A program made the translations under genes and the position numbers. Shown here piece after piece: positions 60,152 through 64,000 of a stretch of 64,000 bases of DNA. The notes beneath the pieces are model-generated. The model saw nothing but the letters and a program-made list of their open reading frames with translations, did no database searches and had not been told where the DNA came from. The stretch spans positions 26,722,001 through 26,786,000 of the forward strand of contig NC_083231.1 in assembly GCF_032191835.1 (NCBI RefSeq), in the 5' to 3' direction. Within the stretch, counting starts at the first letter, position 1, and every line of letters begins with the position of its first letter. Source of the DNA: Heteronotia binoei (lineage: Eukaryota).

Positions 60152-60968
60152 GAGAGAAGCCATGTTGGATCAGGCCAGTGGCCCATCCAATCCTACACTC
60201 TGTGTAACACAGTGGCAACCCCCCCCCCAAACAAAAACAAAAAAAACCCCTCAGGTGCCATCAGCGGAGGCAGGACACTAGAAGCCCTCCCGTTGTTGCC
60301 TCCTCAAGCACCAAGAATACAGAGCATCACTGCCCCAGACAGAGAGTTCCATCAATACGCTGTGGCTAGTAGCCACTGATGGACCTCTGTTCCATATGCT
60401 TATCCAATCCCCTCTTGAAGCCATCTATGCTTGCAGCCGCCACCACCTCCTGTGGCAGTGAATGCCATGTGTTGTTTTTTTTTTAATTTTTATTCAACAC
60501 CACAGAAAAACATAAAATAAAGTTGCATACATACAAAATAGTATACAAAATTCCATGTGTTAATCACCCTTTAGGTGAAGAAGTACTTCCTTTTATCCGT
60601 TCTAACCTGACTGCTCAGCAATTTCATTGAGTGTCCATGAGTTCTCATATTGTGAGAAGGGGAGAAAAGTACTTCTTTCTCTACCTTCTCTGTACCATAC
60701 ATAATCTTGTAAATCTATCATATCACCTCTCAGTCGCCATTTCTCCAGGCTAAAGAGCCCCAAGCGTTTTAACCTTTCTTCATAGGGAAAGTGTTCCAAC
60801 CCTTTAATCATTCCAGTTGCCCTTTTCTGGACTTTTCCCAATGCTATAATATCTTTTTTGAGGTATGGTGACCAGAATTGTACACAGTACTCCAAATGAG
60901 ACTGCACCATTGATTTATACAGGGGCATTATGATACTGGCTGATTTGTTTTCAATTCCCTTCCTAATA
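60152..60968 (-). mobile_element. CR1-A 3' part with a 75-bp poly(A) retro-insertion (60474-60548)
   Basis: ORF 60602-60928 is the CR1 RT C-terminus; insertion flanked by a 13-bp TSD. Confidence 0.95.
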
Positions 60969-62154
60969 AATGGATGCTTTGAAGGGTGAACTCTGTGGCA
61001 TTGTACCCCACTGAGGTCCCTGTCCTTCCAGGCTCAACCCCCCAAATATCCAGGGGTTTCCCAATCTGGAGCAGGCAACCCTACCTCCCTACTCCCTTTC
61101 TGGTGGGCAGCTCTAGAGCTCTGGCAATCCTCGTCTGAATTCTGACTCAGCCTAACCTCTTCACCGGGGCTTTTTTTGAGCAGGAATTCACAGGAACGCA
61201 AATAAGTTCCCGCTGGGCTTTTTCTACAAAAAAGCCCCGCTCTTCACAGGCTTGTTGGGAGAATAAAATGGACAGGAGGAAGGATGTAAGGGGCTTTGAG
61301 TTTCCATTGGTGAGAGAAGCTTCAAATTTTGGGGATAGAGTGGTAGAATACATAGGCATTATGCCTTCTTCTGCATTATTTTTTTTAAAGACATTTCTTT
61401 CTTTTGCCAAGTGCAGCTGTGGAGCTCTTTCTCCTCCCCACAGGGAAGGTATAGTTTATGGGAAGGGAGACTATGGCTTTTTCCTGCTGCCCCATTCCCC
61501 TGGGAAAAATACAGGTGCCATTTCGTTTTCTTCAGTGGCTCAGGGTGGCTTTTTCTCAAAAAGAAAATGGCAATGGACGAAAGGTTTTGAGAGGTCTCCC
61601 CACCCTACCATCCTTCTCTTCAGACAAGCAGTCTAAGTGGCTATATCTAGAAAAGGCTTTAAAAAAAAAAGCATGAAAGAAAACATATAATCGGGGCTCA
61701 GCCATAGTCCGTATGAATTTGGTTTGCAGATTATTATTATTCTTTCGGTCAGTCATCTAGTTCTTTGTAACCTAACTAGAAACACCCTTCCTTGAGGTAT
61801 TGTATCACTTCCAGTAATTTCTGACTTAGCTTAGATAAGGATGCCTGCATGCATACAGGAACAGCATTTCAAGAATATCATTCTTTTCAGACCTCTTGTG
61901 TTTATTTCCCATGGAAACCTATACATATGTGTGTGTGTTCTTGTTTCTCCAAGAAATTGCTCGTTCCAAATGCTAGTGAAAGAGAATTTGAAGTAAGCAA
62001 GTAATCTATTTTTAAAAATCTCAGTAACTTTGAGGCTTACCATAAAAGTAATAAATGGAAGTAGGAGAAATACAAATGAGATGGGCCAGTCGTTTTCCTC
62101 CTGGGAAGCTGCACGGTACTTAGAAGTGTTCTTCAGTTTGTACTTACCATAGAG

Positions 62155-62483
62155 CAGGGGTGGCCAGAGTGCGACTCAGGAGCCACATATGGTTCTTTCA
62201 CACACATCGTGTGGCTCAAAGCCCCCCCCCCCAATTGGCTGGCTTGGAGAAGGCATTTCCCTCTTTAAATCACTTCTCCAAGTCAAGCCAGTCCCTCCTC
62301 CTGTCTATTTTCCTGCCTATCTTCTTAGGGTTGCCAGGTCTATGCTGGAAAAAACCTGGAAACTTTGGGGGTGGATCTAGAAGAGGGTGGGATTTGGGGA
62401 GGGGAGGGGCTTCAGCATGGTACAGTGCCATAGAGTACACTCTTCAAAGCACCCATTTTATCCAGGGGAGCTGACCTCTCTGG
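62155..62483 (+). mobile_element. Partial M1 followed by partial M6 MITE
   Basis: CAGGGGTGGCC.. start; TAGGGTTGCCAGG at ~62326. Confidence 0.7.
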
Positions 62484-62594
62484 AGAGCCAGTTTGGTGTA
62501 GTGGTTATGTGTGCGGACTCTTATCTGGAAGAACCGGGTTTGATTCCCCACTCCTCCACTTGCACCTGCTGGAATGGCCTTGGGTCAGCCATAG
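62484..62594 (+). mobile_element. Head of a long-form SINE cut by the Gypsy insertion
   Basis: Matches the SINE consensus up to GGTCAGCCATAG, then switches to TGTCACG. Confidence 0.9.
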
Positions 62595-62870
62595 TGTCAC
62601 GGCTGGGGCCGGGTCAGGCAAAGTCCAGAGGCAGTCCGAGGTCTGTAGCCAGTAAGCAGGAGGGTCCGAGGCGCCAAATCCGAATCACTGTAGAAGTATC
62701 GCAGGTCTGAGGTCCAGAAGCCGAGGTCAGGGAGTCCAGAAGTCCAAAGCCAAAGTCAGGGAGTCAGGAACCAAAGTCAAGCCGGAGTGGATGCTAGAAT
62801 GTCAGAGAGATGACTAGTTGCTTCCACAAAGCTTCCTCCCAAAGCCCACAGCTATATAGCCCTCTGCTGC
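62595..62870 (-). mobile_element. 3' LTR (U3-truncated) of a Ty3/Gypsy retrotransposon
   Basis: Minus strand ends ..CCGTGACA; TATATA at ~62853; GGACT/GACTCCCTGAC short repeats. Confidence 0.8.
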
Positions 62871-64000
62871 ACGGGGTGAATGCGGAGGTGGGGTGGCAAC
62901 TGGAGCCTGAAGGCGACGGGGTTTATTTGTTCAACGACGGGGTAGGGTCCAATGAACCGTGCATCCAGCTTGTGAGACCGACCAGGCCGGCGCAGGTAGC
63001 GAGTTGAGAGCCACACCTGATCCCCCGGCTGCACTGGAGGGCCTTCTTGCCTCTTTCGGTCCGCAGCCCGTTTATATGCCTCCTTGGCTTGCTGTAGCTG
63101 CTCTCGGAGCAAGTCTTGGCTGGCACGGAGTTCTTGCAGGTAGGCATCGACGGCGGGGACATTCGTGGGTGGTAGGATCGCTGGGAAGAACCGAGGGTGG
63201 TACCCGTAGGTTGCAGCAAACGGGGTCATTTGGGTGGATGAATGGACCGCGTTGTTGTATGCAAACTCCGCTAGGGGCAATAGAGTGGTCCAGTCATCCT
63301 GCTGGTAACAGGTGTAACAGCGGAGATATTGCTCTAGCGTGGCATTGGTGCGCTCTGTCTGGCCATCTGTCTGTGGGTGGTAGGCCGAGGACAGGTGCAC
63401 TCGAGTACCCAGGCTGGAATGGAGGGCTTGCCAAAACCGAGAGGAGAACTGAGGGCCCCGATCGGAGATCAGATGGGCTGGGAGTCCATGCAGACGAAAG
63501 ATGTGTTGCAGGTAAAGCTGGGCCGTCTCCTGAGCTGTGGGGAGTTTCGGGCACGGAACAAAGTGGGCCATCTTGGTAAATAGGTCGACGACCACCCAGA
63601 TACAAGTCTGACCCTTGGAGCGTGGAAGTTCCGTGATGAAGTCCATCGAGATGGTATCCCAGGGTCCTGAAGATGTGGGCAAGGGCTGCAGCAACCCTGA
63701 GGGTTTGGCTGGGATGTCTTTGGCCCGTCGGCAGACGTCACAGGAGCTGACATAGCGGGCAACATCAGCGCGAACTCGTGGCCACCAGAATTCCCTTGTC
63801 AGCAAGTGGGTGGTCTTATGCTGTCCAAAGTGCCCGGCGGGTAACGAGTCGTGGGTCAGGCGTAGCACTTCTGCCCGCAAGGGCCCGGGCGGCACATAGA
63901 GGCGTTCGCGGTGTAGCAAGAGGCCGCCTCGAGTCGTGAACTCCCCTGTTGGATCATCTTGGAGAGCCTGGAGGTGTTGCTGGACCCAGGGATCATTGGC
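62852..64000 (-). CDS. Ty3/Gypsy (sushi/chromovirus-like) pol, integrase domain; open to the window edge, C-terminus lost
   Basis: HDSLPAGH..CDVC (HHCC), SMDFI / ISDRG / QTERTN (DDE), GDQVWL..KL..FIGPY (GPY/F); no stop from 64000 to 62852; RIHPV is joined to LTR-encoded QQRAI*. Confidence 0.95.
   Translation of the reverse strand, partial: ANDPWVQQHLQALQDDPTGEFTTRGGLLLHRERLYVPPGPLRAEVLRLTHDSLPAGHFGQHKTTHLLTREFWWPRVRADVARYVSSCDVCRRAKDIPAKPSGLLQPLPTSSGPWDTISMDFITELPRSKGQTCIWVVVDLFTKMAHFVPCPKLPTAQETAQLYLQHIFRLHGLPAHLISDRGPQFSSRFWQALHSSLGTRVHLSSAYHPQTDGQTERTNATLEQYLRCYTCYQQDDWTTLLPLAEFAYNNAVHSSTQMTPFAATYGYHPRFFPAILPPTNVPAVDAYLQELRASQDLLREQLQQAKEAYKRAADRKRQEGPPVQPGDQVWLSTRYLRRPGRSHKLDARFIGPYPVVEQINPVAFRLQLPPHLRIHPVQQRAI

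Noticed and set aside
62923-63765. Alternative-frame and antisense ORFs up to 206 aa
   Set aside because: Shadows of the GC-rich integrase frame
1-64000. CRISPR array, operons or other prokaryotic systems
   Set aside because: Repeats are dispersed vertebrate TEs; there is no regular repeat-spacer array and no gene-dense region

Overview
Vertebrate genomic DNA, not prokaryotic. The repeat content (Sauria SINE, Squam2/Squam3-like SINEs, BovB, CR1, L2, gecko-type palindromic MITEs) points to a squamate, probably a gecko (inference). Three internal N-gaps suggest a short-read assembly. The window holds a CpG-island promoter (~5030-6420) with a likely first non-coding exon ending at a GTAAGT donor (5465/5466). 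After it comes ~58 kb of + strand intronic sequence with one well-formed candidate exon (22302-22554, uORF-bearing). I could not identify the host gene and found no convincing host protein-coding exon. All recognisable protein-coding sequence is transposon-derived: a Neptune-type Penelope-like element (RT + GIY-YIG) abutting the promoter, a near full-length L2 LINE, L2/CR1/BovB fragments, and a Ty3/Gypsy integrase running off the right edge. Best leads: short Penelope-derived elements carrying a minimal hammerhead ribozyme, an abundant 5S-rRNA-headed SINE with a BovB/RTE-type tail, and two different hAT MITEs inserted at the identical nucleotide of two CR1 copies. Also notable are palindromic MITEs carrying a KLF+octamer motif and multi-level nested insertions that give a relative chronology. 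Family names come from motif recognition, not database searches. Boundaries without a TSD are approximate.
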